Below are positions 12,742 through 27,520 of a stretch of DNA of 64,000 bases, piece after piece. Below the pieces are notes generated by a model that saw only the letters and a program-made list of their open reading frames with translations, was not told the DNA's origin and searched no databases. The position numbers and the translations under genes were made by a program. Location of the stretch: the NCBI GenBank assembly GCA_964016885.1, contig OZ024743.1, forward strand, positions 241,738,001 through 241,802,000, written 5' to 3'. The first letter of the stretch is position 1; each line of letters begins with the position of its first letter. The stretch is from Eledone cirrhosa. Lineage: Eukaryota.

Positions 12742-13510
12742 TTCCCGCCGAGGTTAACTTTGCCTTTCATCCTTACGGGGTCGATAAAATAAAGTACCAG
12801 TAATGAATTGCTGGCCTTGTGCTAATAGTAGAAACAATTATTATTAATAAATTAGAGGATGAAACTGATTGAATGCACTTGCCATATTCGTCAAGGTTAC
12901 CGTGGCTTTTTGTGGGCTTTCTCCACGAGTGACCCCCAGAAGTCTCCTCATTTTTGAGGATTTTGTTATGTTTGACTTGTTAAATGTATATTTTTTAGTC
13001 GTTATGCACCTTTCTCTCACGCATAATCCCACATTGTACCGTCCTGTACCATCTTTATCGTCTTCTTAATGTAAGACTTGTGTGGTCAATGAAGAAACGC
13101 CATGCTTTGCAGCATAGAATTACGGTCCTTTACGGTCTGAGTTCAAATCCCACCAGGGTTAGCTTCGCCTTTCATCCCTACGGGTCGATAAATTAAAGTA
13201 CCAGTCACGCACTATGGGCGATTTAATCGACTTTTCTCTCCCCCAAAATTGCTGGCCTTGTGCCTAAATCAGAAGCCATTATTATTAATGGTGGTGGAGT
13301 GGCAGCATCGGTAGAGCGTCGGACACCATAGTTCACGGCATAGTGTTACGACCCTTTACTTTATTAGGTTCAAATTCCCCCAAGTTAGCTTTGCCTTTCA
13401 TCCTTACGGGGTCGATAAATTAAAGTACCAGGAACACACTGGGGTCGATTTAATCGACTTTCCCCTCCCCCAAATAACTGGCCTTGTGCCTATTCTAGAA
13501 ATCATTATTA
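12742..13510 (+). mobile_element. Cluster of three tRNA-derived SINE copies (about 12742-12845, 13097-13287, 13290-13510)
   Basis: A-box-like tggcagcatcgg, B-box-like gttcaaatc, central gcctttcatccttacggggtcgataaa resembling the Meta/MESC SINE domain, and (tta)n tail. Confidence 0.85.
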
Positions 13511-13902
13511 ATGCTTCTTTTCACAGATTCCCCTTTCATTTAATATTGTTGTAATTGTTATTGTTATTGTTGTTACTGCTATTGCTTTTGTTGCTGTTGT
13601 TATTTCGATAACCAAAATATCGGATGTTTAACTCGCTTGGTTATTCTAAACATCGTTCAAGCTTATTTTTGTTTGTCTACCTGTTTGTTTCTTTTATTCT
13701 AAATGGTCTGCCATATTTTCACGCTCGCTCAAAAAAAATATGGCGCCATTTCTGTCCACCAAAACGTGTGTCGACGCCATTTTTACTGCACATGAGGTAT
13801 TTGCGAGGAAAGTAATGGAAAATGGGAAGATAGATTCATATAAAGCATACACGAATGAACGCTATATATGTATATCTGCATATGCATTATGTTGATTATA
13901 TA

Positions 13903-13955
<53 letters not shown>

Positions 13956-14067
13956 GTATATGTGTGTGTGAGCGCGTGTGAGTGTGTATGTATGTGTATA
14001 TGCAATAAGTATATGAAAACTTACATATAGGCATGCATGGGTACATACATACACACACGCTCAAAAG

Positions 14068-14107
<40 letters not shown>

Positions 14108-14123
14108 AAAATATATATGTGTA

Positions 14124-14154
<31 letters not shown>

Positions 14155-14363
14155 GTAAATACATATGTATACACATATATATATATATATATATGTAAAT
14201 ACATATGTATACACACATACATACATACATGCATACATACATACACATATATATACAGTGGAAAAGTAATCATTATTCTCACCATTATTGTTATTAATAT
14301 TATTATTACTACTATTATTTTTACCACTAACAGCATCACTACTACTACTACTACTACTACTAC

Positions 14364-14436
<73 letters not shown>

Positions 14437-14866
14437 TACTGCTGCTTCTACTACTACTTATTTAAATTTTGTGTATATTTATTCATTCAGTTGTTGCGAT
14501 GTTTGCTTAAAACAGGAAAATGAAAAATTGTTTCAAAACCTGGCAAAATAATATAAAGACTTAGGGATGGCAGGTGGCGGGTGGGGGGAATATATTCTTG
14601 AAAATTTGTTTCTGTTTAAAATGTCTTATTTTGATTTTCTTTTAAATCTAATTATGTTTTATTGTTTGGTTATTGTTATTGTTGTTTCTTTGTTGTTGTT
14701 GTTGTTGTTTTTGTTGTTGTTGTTGTTGTTGGTAATATTTTATAAAATTTATGTTTAATGTATTATATTTTTGATATTTCTTTACTTTACTTTTATTATT
14801 TACTCAAGTAATGTTTAGTATTATTTCCCATTTCTGTCATTTATTATTATTAGTAGAATTGTAGTG

Positions 14867-14903
<37 letters not shown>

Positions 14904-14932
14904 CAGCAGCAGCGGCGGCAGCAGCAGCGGCG

Positions 14933-14969
<37 letters not shown>

Positions 14970-14977
14970 TAGTCGTC

Positions 14978-15008
<31 letters not shown>

Positions 15009-15082
15009 CAGTAGTGGTAGTGTTGTCCGTGTGGAATGCATGGAAGCCCCCTCATTCTCGTCATGGACATCACTAACGGCAT

Positions 15083-15189
<107 letters not shown>

Positions 15190-15261
15190 TGATGGTAGCT
15201 AAGATGCTTCCATAGGCGGTATGCCGGTTAAGCACTCTATACTCTTACAGAGCAGAGTATG

Positions 15262-15533
15262 ATAGAATAGAAAACGAAAAATCAGTGATGCATCTGAACT
15301 CAATTTATTTTGTGTTACAATTGTTTCGATTGCGGACAGCTCGAGATGCGATCATTGTGTGGATCTGTCTGATTCTGGACCCGCCGGTTCGACGGACACG
15401 TCTAATGATTTCGGGTCCAGAATCAGACATATGTACACAATGGTCGCGTCTCGAGCTTTCCGCAGGCGAAACAATTATAACACACAATAAATTGAGTTCA
15501 GATGCATCACTGATTTTTCGTTTTCTATTCTAT
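15262..15533. mobile_element. MITE-like long imperfect palindrome (122-bp arms, 28-nt spacer)
   Basis: 15262-15383 pairs with 15412-15533 with scattered mismatches and abuts (TA)n. Confidence 0.75.
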
Positions 15534-16279
15534 ATATATATATATATATATATATACATACATAAAAAAGTTGAAATGCACTTGTAGTCTTAAGAAGATT
15601 TATTTGCATTAACTTAATCGATTTCACAATTTCGTGATTTACAGGATTTGTATGAGGTGGAAGGACATGGAATTATTCCGTAACTGCCACGCCTCTGGTC
15701 GAATTTAGAAAATTCGCTGGTTTTTATAGAGAAAGCCTGTCTCAGATTGCCAACTGTTTAAATTTCAGGTTAAATGTTTGAGAATGGTGACGAGGTCAGG
15801 CATAGAATTTTGTTAGTTCTTCACGACGTCCAAGATGCACCAAGTTACGACTTTTTTGGTTCAGTGAACGTATTATGTAACAGTCCAAAAGTCAAGACTA
15901 TGTAAATTTAATGAATATGTCATATGACAGAAGGAACGTGTCTATGTATTTGTATGTATTTGTATGTATTTGTATGTACATAGTTGTCTATGTTTTAGTG
16001 CATTAATAATTGTTAGTGAGTGTTTCTCCTCTGGTTGGTTCCCCGCGTGGGGGAGAGTAATCCTAAAAATTGTTCATATTATATTTTCCCTTATTTATTG
16101 TGTTTATGTTTTATCAACTCTCCAACTGTCTGTGGAATAACGTCTTCGTTATTATCGTTGTTTTTATGTAACTATATTTATCCACTCCCTCGTGGATAGT
16201 AGCTCCCATTTTTATAAGCTGGTGGCTGAAATATAAATCATTTGATTGTCAAAATCATTTAAGTGTTGTAAAAATGTCC

Positions 16280-17097
16280 TGTGGTGTTTGTTTCCGTTCT
16301 TTGCATTCAGAGTTCAAATGTTGTCTATGTCAACTTTACCTTTCACCCTTCGATAAAATATAGTACCAGATAATTTCTGGGATCAATTCAATCGACTTTC
16401 CCCTCACCTAAATTACCGGCCTTGTGCCTAAATTAGATAACATTAATGATTTCTTATATAGGCGCAAAGCCAGCAATTTTGGGGGGAGGGGAAAGTCGAT
16501 TAAATCGACCCCAGCGCGTAACTGGTACTTTATTTTATCGACCCCGTAAGGATGAAAGGCAAAGTTAACCTCGGCGGGATTTGAACTCAGATCATAAAGG
16601 GGCGTAACTCTATGCTGCAAAGCATGGCGTCCGACCCTCTACCGATACTGCCAATCCACAATGGCGGTTGATTAGCAAAGTCGTTAGAGCGTCAGACAAA
16701 TGTATATCTTCTGGCTTGTCACACTCTGAGTTCAAATCCAACCGAGGTTAATTTTGACGTTCATCATTCCGCAATAAATAATAAAAATACCAGCAGAGAA
16801 TCGTTTTAATCGACGTTTCCTTCTTGACCAAATCGCTGGCCTTGTGCTTAAATTAGAAATCATTGTTATAGTGGTTGTTGGGCGGTAAATGGCGGTAGAG
16901 CGTCGGGTACCCTGCTTCACCGTATAGAGTTACGGCCCTTTACATTCTAATTTCAAATCTCGCCGAGGTAAGCTTTACCTTTCATTCTTACGCGGTCGAT
17001 AAAATAAAGTACCAGTAATGCACTTAGTTCGGTTTAATCGACTTCCCCTTCCCCTTCAAATTGCTGGCCTTGTGCCTAAATTAGAAATCATTATTAT
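16280..17097. mobile_element. Four adjacent SINE copies (+, -, +, +)
   Basis: About 16280-16447 (+), 16446-16659 (-), 16663-16866 (+) and 16881-17097 (+), same family as 13.3 kb. Confidence 0.85.
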
Positions 17098-17569
17098 GGT
17101 TGTTGTAATCAGCAGCAACTGAAATCTGATCATCATTGATAGGGTCAGCTTGTCTCACTCGTCATCAGCATCATCGACATCACCTATATCACCTATATCA
17201 CCGTCGTGATCATCATAGTTATCATCACCATCAAGAGCAGCAGCAGCAGCAGCAACAAGTCACCATCACCACTATCACCATCACCATCAACAGCAGCAGC
17301 AGCAGCAGCAGCAAGTCACCATCACCACTATCACCATCACCATCAACAGCAGTAGCAGCAGCAGCAGCAACAGCAGCAAGTCAGCATCATCATCGTCATC
17401 ATTACTACAACAATAAGCAGCAGCACCAGCAGCAGCAACAAAGACATCATCATCATCACAACCACCTACATCATCATCATCACCATCAACAGCAGTAACA
17501 ACAACAAATACATCATTGTTGTTGTTGCTACTATTGATATTGTTGTTGTAGTTGTCATGTCACAAGGTT

Positions 17570-17675
17570 TGTTGTTGTTGTTGTTGTTGTTGTTGCTGCT
17601 GGTGTAATTGTTGTTGTTGTTGTTGCTGCTGCTGCTGTAGTTGTTGTTGTTGTTGTTGTTGTTGCTGCTGGTGTA

Positions 17676-17708
<33 letters not shown>

Positions 17709-18600
17709 GCTGGTGTAATTGTTGTTGTTGTTGTTGTTGTTGTTGCTGCTGGTGTAATTGTTGTTGTTGTTGTTGTTGGTGTTGTTGTTGCTGGTGTAAT
17801 TGTTGTTGTTGTTGTTGTTGCTGGTGTAATTGTTGTTGTTGTTATTAATGGTGTAATTGTTGTTGTTGTTGTTATTGCTTTTGTAATTGTTGTTGTTGTT
17901 GTTGTTGTTATTGCTGGTGTAATTGTTGTTGTTGTTGTTGTTGTTATTGCTGCTGTAATTGTTGTTGTTGTTTGTTGTTGCTGGTGTAATTGTTTTTGTT
18001 GTTGTTGTTGTTATTGCTGGTGTAAATGTTGTTGTTGTTGTTGTTGTTGCTGGTGTAAATGTTGTTGTTGTTGTTGTTGTTGTTGTTGCTGGTGTAATTG
18101 TTGTTGTTGTTATTGCTGGTGTAATTGTTGTTGTGGTTGTTATTGCTGGTGTAATTGTTGTTGTTGTTGTTGTTGTTGTTATTGCTGGTGTAATTTTTGT
18201 TGTTGTTGTTGTTGTTGCAGATGTAAATGTTGTTGTTGTTGTTGTTGTTGCAGATGTAATTGTTGCCGTTCTGCTTTTTGTTGTTGTTGTTGTTGTTATT
18301 TATGGTGTAACTGTTGCTGTTGTTGTTGTTGTTATTGCTGGTGTAAATGTTGTTGTTGTTGTTGTTGTTATTGCTGGTGTAAATGTTGTTGTTGTTGTTG
18401 ATATTGCTGGTGGAATTATTGTTGTTGTTATTGCTGGTGGAATTGTTGTTGTTGCTGTTGTTGTTGTTATTGCTGGTGCAATTGTTGTTGTTGTTGTTGT
18501 TATTGCTGGTGTAATTGTTGTTGTTGCCGTTATTGCTATTGCTGTCGGTGGTGGTGGTGTTCGCATTTCTCATGCTGTTGTTGTTGTTGTTGTTGTTGTT
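17570..18600. repeat. (GTT)n-derived minisatellite punctuated by gctggtgtaatt
   Basis: Recurrent gctggtgtaa(t/a)t motif separated by variable (gtt)n runs. Confidence 0.95.
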
Positions 18601-18788
18601 GCGGCTGCTGTTATTCCTTCCATTGTATACTCATACATCCTCTTCCATCTCGTCTTTCATTCGTGCCTTCCATATATTCCATGATTTATTCAGCTCGTCG
18701 TTTACTTCTTTATTCAAATTATTTTTTCTTTTATTTACATAAAAATGTATTTTACATACGTGCACGCATATGGATACATGTATATATA

Positions 18789-18824
<36 letters not shown>

Positions 18825-18921
18825 AGTGAGTGAGTGAGTAAGTGAGTGTATGTGTGTGTGTGCGTGTGTGTGTGTGCGCATATGTATACATATATATCCA
18901 TATGAATATATGTATGTATAA

Positions 18922-18991
<70 letters not shown>

Positions 18992-19020
18992 GTTTATATA
19001 CATATATATGTATGTATGTG

Positions 19021-19083
<63 letters not shown>

Positions 19084-19858
19084 GTGTGTGTATTATGCAG
19101 GCATTAGTATTGATATTTTCAATTTTGCTTTATTTCATTTTATCTATATTTCTTTCTATGCGTATTTATGTAAGTATTATTCATTGGTTGCTTTTTTTGC
19201 TGATTTATATTTATTTATTTAGGCGTGCCCTCTGCTGTCGAAGATTACAGAGAAAATCAGTCGGTGTGGTACCACGAAATATATGGTTTCTGTTCTTGAA
19301 ATAACTGATTACTGAGAAGAGAAAAGACACAGGCAGAAAGAATATACAGAAGAAAAAATCAGGTTTTATTCAAAGGACAGCAATAGAATTGGCGGCGGCG
19401 GGGGGGGGGGGGGGGTAGTGGGCAAGTGTGAGGCAGTGGAGGGGATGGGGGAGATTGAATGGAAGAAAGGTTGGAAAGGGGAGAAAATAGAAATTGTGAA
19501 GGAAAGAGAGAGAGAGAGAGTGTGTGTGTGAGAGAGAGAGAGAGAGAGGGGGGGCCGTACCGTTTGTTCTTGCTGATTATCGGTCTTAAGAATCGATGCA
19601 CGTTGTACATATAGGGGGAGGGGTGAACGTGTGTATATATATACATATTCGTGTCTCTGTACTTGTCATTTTCTGTGTATTTGGGAATAGCGTTTAATAT
19701 ACACACATATATATATATATTTATGTATATATATATATACACATATATATATATATATTCTATCTATATATATATATATGCGTGTGTATGTCTCTGTGTT
19801 CTATATCTATCTATATATATATATATATAAATTCTCGAAGAAACAGGGAGCTTGTGGT

Positions 19859-19891
<33 letters not shown>

Positions 19892-21611
19892 ACACACACA
19901 TATATATGTATATATCTATATATGTATATGTGTATATATGTGTGTGTATGTCACGTCATTGTTTATCGGACATTTAGTGTTGCAGAAGCTGTATCTAAGC
20001 CTGAGTAATTCTTAACTAGGATCTTCTCTCTTTACCCTGTTTGGGGAAAATGTAAACAAAAGCACTGCAGAGACCGCTGCTTCCTAAGGGACTTCAATGT
20101 ACATTTTGTGAATGATAAATAACAATACATAATAAACGTCAAGACCCTTACTAAAATGCTGAACAACCCATGACCGGGACAACAGAACCATTTGTGTCTA
20201 GAAGGTTGACTCGCTTCTAAATCAAGTTTTCAGACCACAGTAAAATGTAACTCACCAATGATGGACAACTGAATGAATATGGCGTCAGCTATCTTTTATT
20301 TTTAAGGAAAAAATTCATCTAATATGCGGAGCTTATATAGAGCAGGATTTGATGTAATCTGGCAGTTTCTAAATATTTATGAATCTCTAGTTAAACATCA
20401 ATGTTTTGTTCATACACACTTGATATAGACACAGAAATTAAAAAATGCTTTTTCTCCAACCTAAGCTGCGTCCTATACAAGATGCTAAAAAAACAAGACC
20501 ATATCACAGTTGATAAATTGCATAATCCTCGAATGGTAAATTTGAGTAGGAGGGCATGAGAAGTGTAAACTGAAATGGTGTTCTGATCCAAATTAAACGT
20601 AAGTGTACGTTATCATAGGAGATAAACAAATTCCTGAGAGATTCCAGTGTCAATCACTGACATATGATTGACTATTTCATCGTATGGATTCGTGATCACA
20701 AAGATATACAAATAACATGTCGTGACAGGAAACATTGATTGAAGGAAGTGACCAATGATTAATACGATTTAACATAGTAATAACACTCGTCACTGATGTA
20801 GAAAATCAACACCAAGTATATTTCAGTAATAGGAGAGATAAAGTATCTCTATCTCTGACAAAATGATAAACTCCCATCCATTAAGCTGAAACTATGTGAT
20901 GTTGAAAGCCCGTGATGCACTCTATCGAGCTGACCATTTTACATATATACATACATATACATGTGTGTGTAGCGAAAGGTTCGGTGGGAAGGAAAAAGGA
21001 AAAGAACGCTCTATATAACGAAAAAGAGCTAATTTATTAATTCATTCACGAAACATTTATCTGGCTACTTTACGTTTTAAGGCATATGAGTGATACGTAT
21101 CTGCAGAAGTAGACTGACTTTGTTATTCTTTCATCAGGCGTTGAGGCAAAATGAATAAGATTTCTGGATGAGATCTCGTGCGAAAAGGGGACTTAAGCAG
21201 GAAGATATGTTAATATATAGTTGAAGGGATGCGTGTAACCTTTTGAAAGTCACTCCACATATAAAAGTACTACATCCACCATAATTTCCCCATACAAACA
21301 ACACTCAACCTTTACACTACAATAACAATTCGAATACTTATACACATTCTCACACTTACGCTATGTCACATCATAATGCATTACTATTTTTCCACTTTCA
21401 AAACCATTTCTCAAGACTACATAGGTGTTGCCTCCCTTTCTTCTAGTTATATCTCCATTTCACACGATATCTCAAGCCGAAATTTCATTCAGTCATTTTG
21501 GCTCTACGCCTCATGTAAACACAGGAAATTTGGACTCCTTATGCATTTTGACCTATGTCTTGAAACCTCAGGTAGTGTGATAATTATTTCGTATGCGAAT
21601 CATAATATATA

Positions 21612-21741
<130 letters not shown>

Positions 21742-22044
21742 GTGTGTGTGTGTGTGTGTGTGCATGCATATATGTATATGTGTGAGTGAATGCATCACTA
21801 TGTATTTATAATGATATATATAAATCACAGACACGTAATGAATACGAATGAATATTGTATAATGTAGCAAGCGGATGTAGATTGTTACGTAATTGTACAG
21901 AAACATATGTTAAAGATTGAACACCCAATAAATTTCTCCTGTCCAAATCTTCCTACCTAGTTTTTCCTGATTTTTTCCTGATACCATATCTATATTTACA
22001 TATATATATATATATATACATATATATAAGTGTGTGTGTGTGTT

Positions 22045-22080
<36 letters not shown>

Positions 22081-22299
22081 ACATAATTTGGATATACATA
22101 TCTTTACCATTTCCTATTTTCGGTTGCGTTAATGCAATTTAAAACAAATGATTTCTTTCAACAAGAAACCTGGACAAAATTTAGACTTTGCTTTGACCCC
22201 ACTCCAAAGAATTCTAATGATACCTTCTTTCGTACGCCAATTCTTACTTTTATCGCTGTGTCTTTTATGATGATAAAGACAATATTTGGCAAGTAATAC

Positions 22300-23690
22300 T
22301 GACTCCATTTTAGGAAAAGAAGGAAACAAAACAAAGAAAAAAGAGACAATAGTAAAACGCACGAAGTAAAGATTGAAAGAAAGTTTAAAAGAATGAGAGA
22401 ATGATAGAATTAGTTTAAAGGAATGTAGTAGAAAAATTAGGAAACACGAGAGAATCAAATATAGGAATAGAAGGATTGGAAGATGAAAAAATAGAAGAGA
22501 AATTTGACAGGGAAATTGGAAGAGTTATATGTAAGTGAAGGAAAGGTGGAAGATCATAGAGCTAGGAGAAAGAAATTCAAGAAAGAAGGAAGAAAGTGTT
22601 AAAGGAAGGGAACAATAGAGGTGATGAGTGTGAGGGAAAAGGAAGGAGGGTAAGGGCACGCAGAACGAAGTACGAAAGTGGCGAGGGGGAAAAAGGACGG
22701 AAGGAAGAAAAGTATAGGGAGGGAAAGGATGGACATAGGAAGGAAGGAAGGATAAGTGGATGTAAGGAAGGAGAGGCTAGGTAGAAGGAAAGAAAAACGG
22801 AGGAAAGAAGAGAGAGAGAGTGAGAGAGGGGGTGAAAGGAAGGACAGAAGGAATGACAGATGGTATAATGAAGGGAATGACAGAAGGAAGGAATGATGGC
22901 AGATATGACAGATTAATGAAAGAAAGGAGGCAGATAGGAAGGAATGCGAGAAAAAATGCGAGAAAAACAGGAAAAAAGATTTAATGAAGAAATGAATTGC
23001 TGCAAGACGGAAGGATGGAAGGCAAGGGGTAAAGACGGAAGAAATGACGGAAAGAATAAAGGAAGGAAGAGCAACCGAAGGGGGGGGGGGACTTAAGAAT
23101 AAAGGAAGACAGGGAAGGAGGGAAAAAAAGGAAAGACGGAAGGCTAAATGGAGGGACGGAAGAACGAGAGGCAGAGTAAATAAGAAAATGCATTTATGAT
23201 ACGAAAAGTGTAAAGATGTTTCAACCTATAAAAGTGTGAAGGAAAAAAATAAAAGAAGAATCAAGGTAAAAGGAAAAAGAAATTTATGGAAAACAATCGG
23301 AAAACTTTGTAAAAACAGAAAGATGGAAATAGAAGAAAGAAACGAATGAAGATAATAAAGGAAGGAAAGGGAAGGACAGACAAAGAGGGGGAAAGAATAA
23401 AAGAAAGCAGTGCAAAAACAAAAAAGGAAGGAAAGAAAAAATCAATGAGATAAAGAGTGAAACGAAGGAAAGGAAATAACGAATTAAAAAGAAACAAATA
23501 AGCAACAAACTGACAAAAAGAAAAAAGGTAAGGGAAGAAAGAAAGAGTGAGGTACAGGAATCAAAAACAGAAAAATATTAAGGAAAGAACAGAAAAGAGA
23601 AAGAGGGAGAGAGAGAGAGAAACAGAGAAAAATATATAGAAAAGTACATACAAACATATATACAAAAGTAGACTGAAAAAAAGTGAAGGT
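22300..23690. repeat. Purine-rich low-complexity tract (about 1.4 kb)
   Basis: Strong G/A strand bias with no coherent ORF. Confidence 0.85.
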
Positions 23691-23725
23691 TGCCAATATA
23701 TATATACACATATATATATATATAT

Positions 23726-24137
23726 GGTGGCTGCCAACTCGTTTTCGAGTACGGCCACTACTTTATATCCATGTAGGAAAACCCCTACCGATGCGCTGAA
23801 CGAGTGTGACTTTTTAGTCCAGCCAGCGACTTGAAAACTCTGGTACAAACACTACACTTGTGACAATTACTGACACATAGTGTTGGGCCCATTGTACCCT
23901 GTGGTGACAAGTGCAGAAAGATCTCCAGATATAAAGCAATGCCTGTGCCGTGAAGCTTTTATAGTGAGCAAAGGCACTGCACAAAGCCAGTCCCACTCTC
24001 TTAACCAAGATGATATTTACCAAAAAGAAGAACAAGTCAACATCACTGGATACCATCAGGGTTGCAGGTGTTATATCAGAGTTTTCCTTCTCCTAGAATT
24101 CTGCCTTGACAAAGGCTAAGGGGTCATCTCTCCCGGA
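23726..24137. mobile_element. Interspersed repeat resembling RTE 5'-UTR or RTE-related SINE sequence
   Basis: agagttttccttctcctag...tgccttgacaaaggctaa resembles RTE-associated untranslated sequence (from recall). Bounded by microsatellites. Confidence 0.35.
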
Positions 24138-24173
24138 TATATACATACATACATACATACATACATACATACA

Positions 24174-24210
<37 letters not shown>

Positions 24211-24534
24211 CAGTAAGAAAAGAAACGTAACAATGAAAAAGAACAACGCCAGAAGACATGAGAAACACTTGTGCGCTATTAAGGGAAAATTGTTGGAAGA
24301 AACTCTAGTACGAATAAAGGAGAGAAAATGTGAAAATCGTAAATGATGGTTCTAAATATGACTGGATGAATGGATTGGTTGGTGCAAAATGGATGAGTGG
24401 ATTGGTTGGTGTAAAATGAGTACAATAGTTAAATGGTGATGGTTACTAGAGTATCGGATTCAGGAAGAAAAGGGACAGGAAAGGATGAATAATAATATTT
24501 GTTTCTACATTCGGCACAAGGCCAGCAATTAGAG

Positions 24535-24925
24535 TACATGTAGTTGATTTAGACAAGCTCTCTAATGCATGCGCTGCACGATAAGACAAAGGCCATGTAC
24601 ACGCCACAAGTTGGGGTAGTGTAGGTGAAGCCAGATATTCTCGTGGAGGGAAAACACTTGAAGTGGTAAACAGCTTTGTGTATCTCGGAAGCACACTTAG
24701 GAGAGATGGTACCCTCGATGCTAAAATAAATCACAGGATTGCGAAAATATGCCTTACCTACAGGAAGCTTGGGAAGCGTGTCTGGTCAGATCGGGGTATC
24801 ACAAGAAACACAAAGCTCTTTGTGTATGAGGCCTGTTTTCTTACAGCCTTGCTATATGTAAGTAAAACGTGGACAACTTATAAACATCACATCAGGCAGC
24901 TGGAAAGAGAATCACATTTGTGAAG
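24535..24925 (+). pseudogene. RTE LINE RT C-terminal/thumb fragment
   Basis: VVNSFVYLGSTL..INHRIAK..TKLFVYEA..LLYVSKTWT. Confidence 0.88.
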
Positions 24926-25011
24926 GTGTTTGCAAACGAAAAGCCGGCCATTAGCCACCTGCGTGCACATGACCGTGCAATTTTCAATTAAGAGATAGCA
25001 CTCTTCTGACC

Positions 25012-25094
<83 letters not shown>

Positions 25095-25184
25095 ACACAC
25101 AAATGTATATAGATATATATGAAGCAATTTGTAGTTTACTTGAACCATTGTATATGATATAAAGAAATTCGAAGTTGGAAAGCT

Positions 25185-26877
25185 ACGACAATGTGGGTTT
25201 AGACAGAAAATAATAATATCGTAAGAGGTTGAAACAGGGGTTGTTTTTTACCTTAATTTATTCATGTCCTGATATTTCGAGATACATATCTCTTCTTCCA
25301 AGGAAAATAAAGGGACTATTCCAGTGTCCGATGTGGCTTGATATACCTTGATGGCCGGAAGTGGCTTTATAATTTTTTTTCCTAAGCTATGGGATCCAGC
25401 ACATCGGGCCTGCTGGCCATCACTTATATGAAGCAGTTGGAACGCAAGATCCTCAACACCTGCCGCTTCTTTGCCTTCGTCACCCGATATATAGATAACA
25501 TACTCATCTTTACACCATCCCGTGAAGAAGCAGACAAAATATATACGGCATTTTCCAACATGGACATTAACATAAGGTTCAGCATGGAACACTCTGATGA
25601 CACTGGATCCCTCTCCTTGCTAGACTTCCAACTCAGGGTAACGGCTTCTACAGAAAAGCCGCTTGCAGGGACCTGTTCGTCCATTTCAAATAGGCCCTAC
25701 CCCTTGGTGTCAAGTCCGGATCCATAAGGAATGAACTGAGACATATTCAGAATAAATGCAGCACCACAGGAGACCGAGACATGCACACCACACGCTTCCT
25801 GGAAATGCTTAAGCTAAACGGTTACCCGACACCCACCGTGAACCGCGTTTGAAATAGGAAACACTGCATTCGAAGCACGAACTCCACGAACTCCTGCTTC
25901 CTGAAGCTCCCACATTTCAGTGATGACAGAACAGCCATCCGCAGTCCATCCGAAGAGAAGGACTAGACTTACAACTAACCCACTTGGGGCCCTCACCAGG
26001 TGGACAACTATCTAGGAGACAACTTTGAGAACACAACAGACGCAGCACGCTGGCCAACTGCACCATCGATAACACAGACATATGCCATCAAACATACGTC
26101 GTGTACAGAGTCCAGTGTGATACATTCGACAACTTCTATACAGGTAGCACCACCAGATACCTACACATCAGAACTAAGGAACACATTAACACTAACGATT
26201 CCTCATTCAAGAAACACTTAGAGAAATGGTAAAACACCACAAAAAAAAAATAACAGTTAAGGTTGAAACAAAAGAAAAAAACCTCGGCATTCTCAGAATT
26301 AAGGAAGCATTAATCATAGCCAGAGCACACCCACAAATCAATAATAGACTAGAACTATAGAACTAAGCACACAATACCTAACATAGGACTAGGCACAGGA
26401 CACCGATCTTAGAAGGCCACTGGACTCTACATATAGGGGCACACATAGTCCCATTTACGAGTACATTATCCATCCGGGAGAAATTGTGTATATGGATTCA
26501 TGAGTTTACACGATTCTATCCTTGCTTGTTTGCGCATTTGCGTGCGTGATTACACATGCACATGTTTGCATGCACGTGTGTCAGCGCATATTAGAATATA
26601 TGCGTCCAAGCAGATTTAAAAGGGAAACAACTCTGTGCCCCGTTGACCTGTCCAGACCATAAATTTAAAACGAAAGAGGTTAGAAAAAAAAATGATAATA
26701 AAATCACTTCCGGTCATCATGGTATAGCAAGCCACATCGGACACTGGAATAGTTCCTTTATTTTCTTCGGAAGACGAGATATTAATCCCAAAATATCAGA
26801 GCATATGAATAAATTAAGGTAAAAAACAAACTGTTTCTTATAATATAATTATTTTTCGTCTAAACCCACATTGTCGT
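25185..26877 (+). mobile_element. 5'-truncated Penelope-like element with inverted pseudo-LTR
   Basis: RT motifs MGSSTSGLLA..M..LE..RYIDN (25389-). GIY-YIG remnant VVYRVQC..FYTGSTTRYLHIRTKEH..RIKEALII...PQIN (about 26095-26360). 25185-25383 is a diverged reverse complement of 26682-26877. Confidence 0.9.
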
Positions 26878-27096
26878 GTATAAATATATATATGTATATA
26901 TATGCATAGATATGGTAGTTAAGTGTGTAACAACAGTTACGGCGAGGCGCCGTTCGAAGCACTCAATACTGTTACAAGGTCCGTTTTGTAAAGATTCTAC
27001 ATATGTTGCTACACTGACTTCGACAGTTTTAAATCCCCCCACCTCTCTCTCATATATATATATATATATGTATATATGTGTATACGTATATATATA

Positions 27097-27248
27097 TAAA
27101 GGAAGTGTGGTAAGGAACCAGGTGGAACCATAACGCACCAGAGTACTCAATACTTAGGGTAGTAGAGAGGGTAATAGGAAAATGCTCAAGACCCAGACGG
27201 CAGAGCTCGAGCCGTTTCGACGGCTATTTCTGCCGTCTTGAACATTTT

Positions 27249-27321
<73 letters not shown>

Positions 27322-27407
27322 TGTATATATATATATATATGCTTAGAGGGAAGAAAATGTAAAGCCCGAGCCGTTTCGACGGCTATTTCTGCCGTCTTGA
27401 ACATTTT

Positions 27408-27483
<76 letters not shown>

Positions 27484-27520
27484 ATATATATATATGCTTA
27501 GAGGGAAGAAAATGTAAAGA
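27097..27520 (-). mobile_element. Short repeat (probable PLE pseudo-LTR end) with fold-back and local tandem duplication
   Basis: Homologous in opposite orientation to 41195-41335. Hairpin at 27175-27253. The segment cgagccgtttcg...gaaaatgtaaag occurs twice. Confidence 0.65.

Noticed and set aside
13290-13385. tRNA-like A and B boxes
   Set aside because: These are SINE heads: each runs into the SINE core and tail, and no cloverleaf is supportable.
17944-18684. Poly-N and poly-V ORFs over 200 aa
   Set aside because: Translations of a (GTT)n-derived array.
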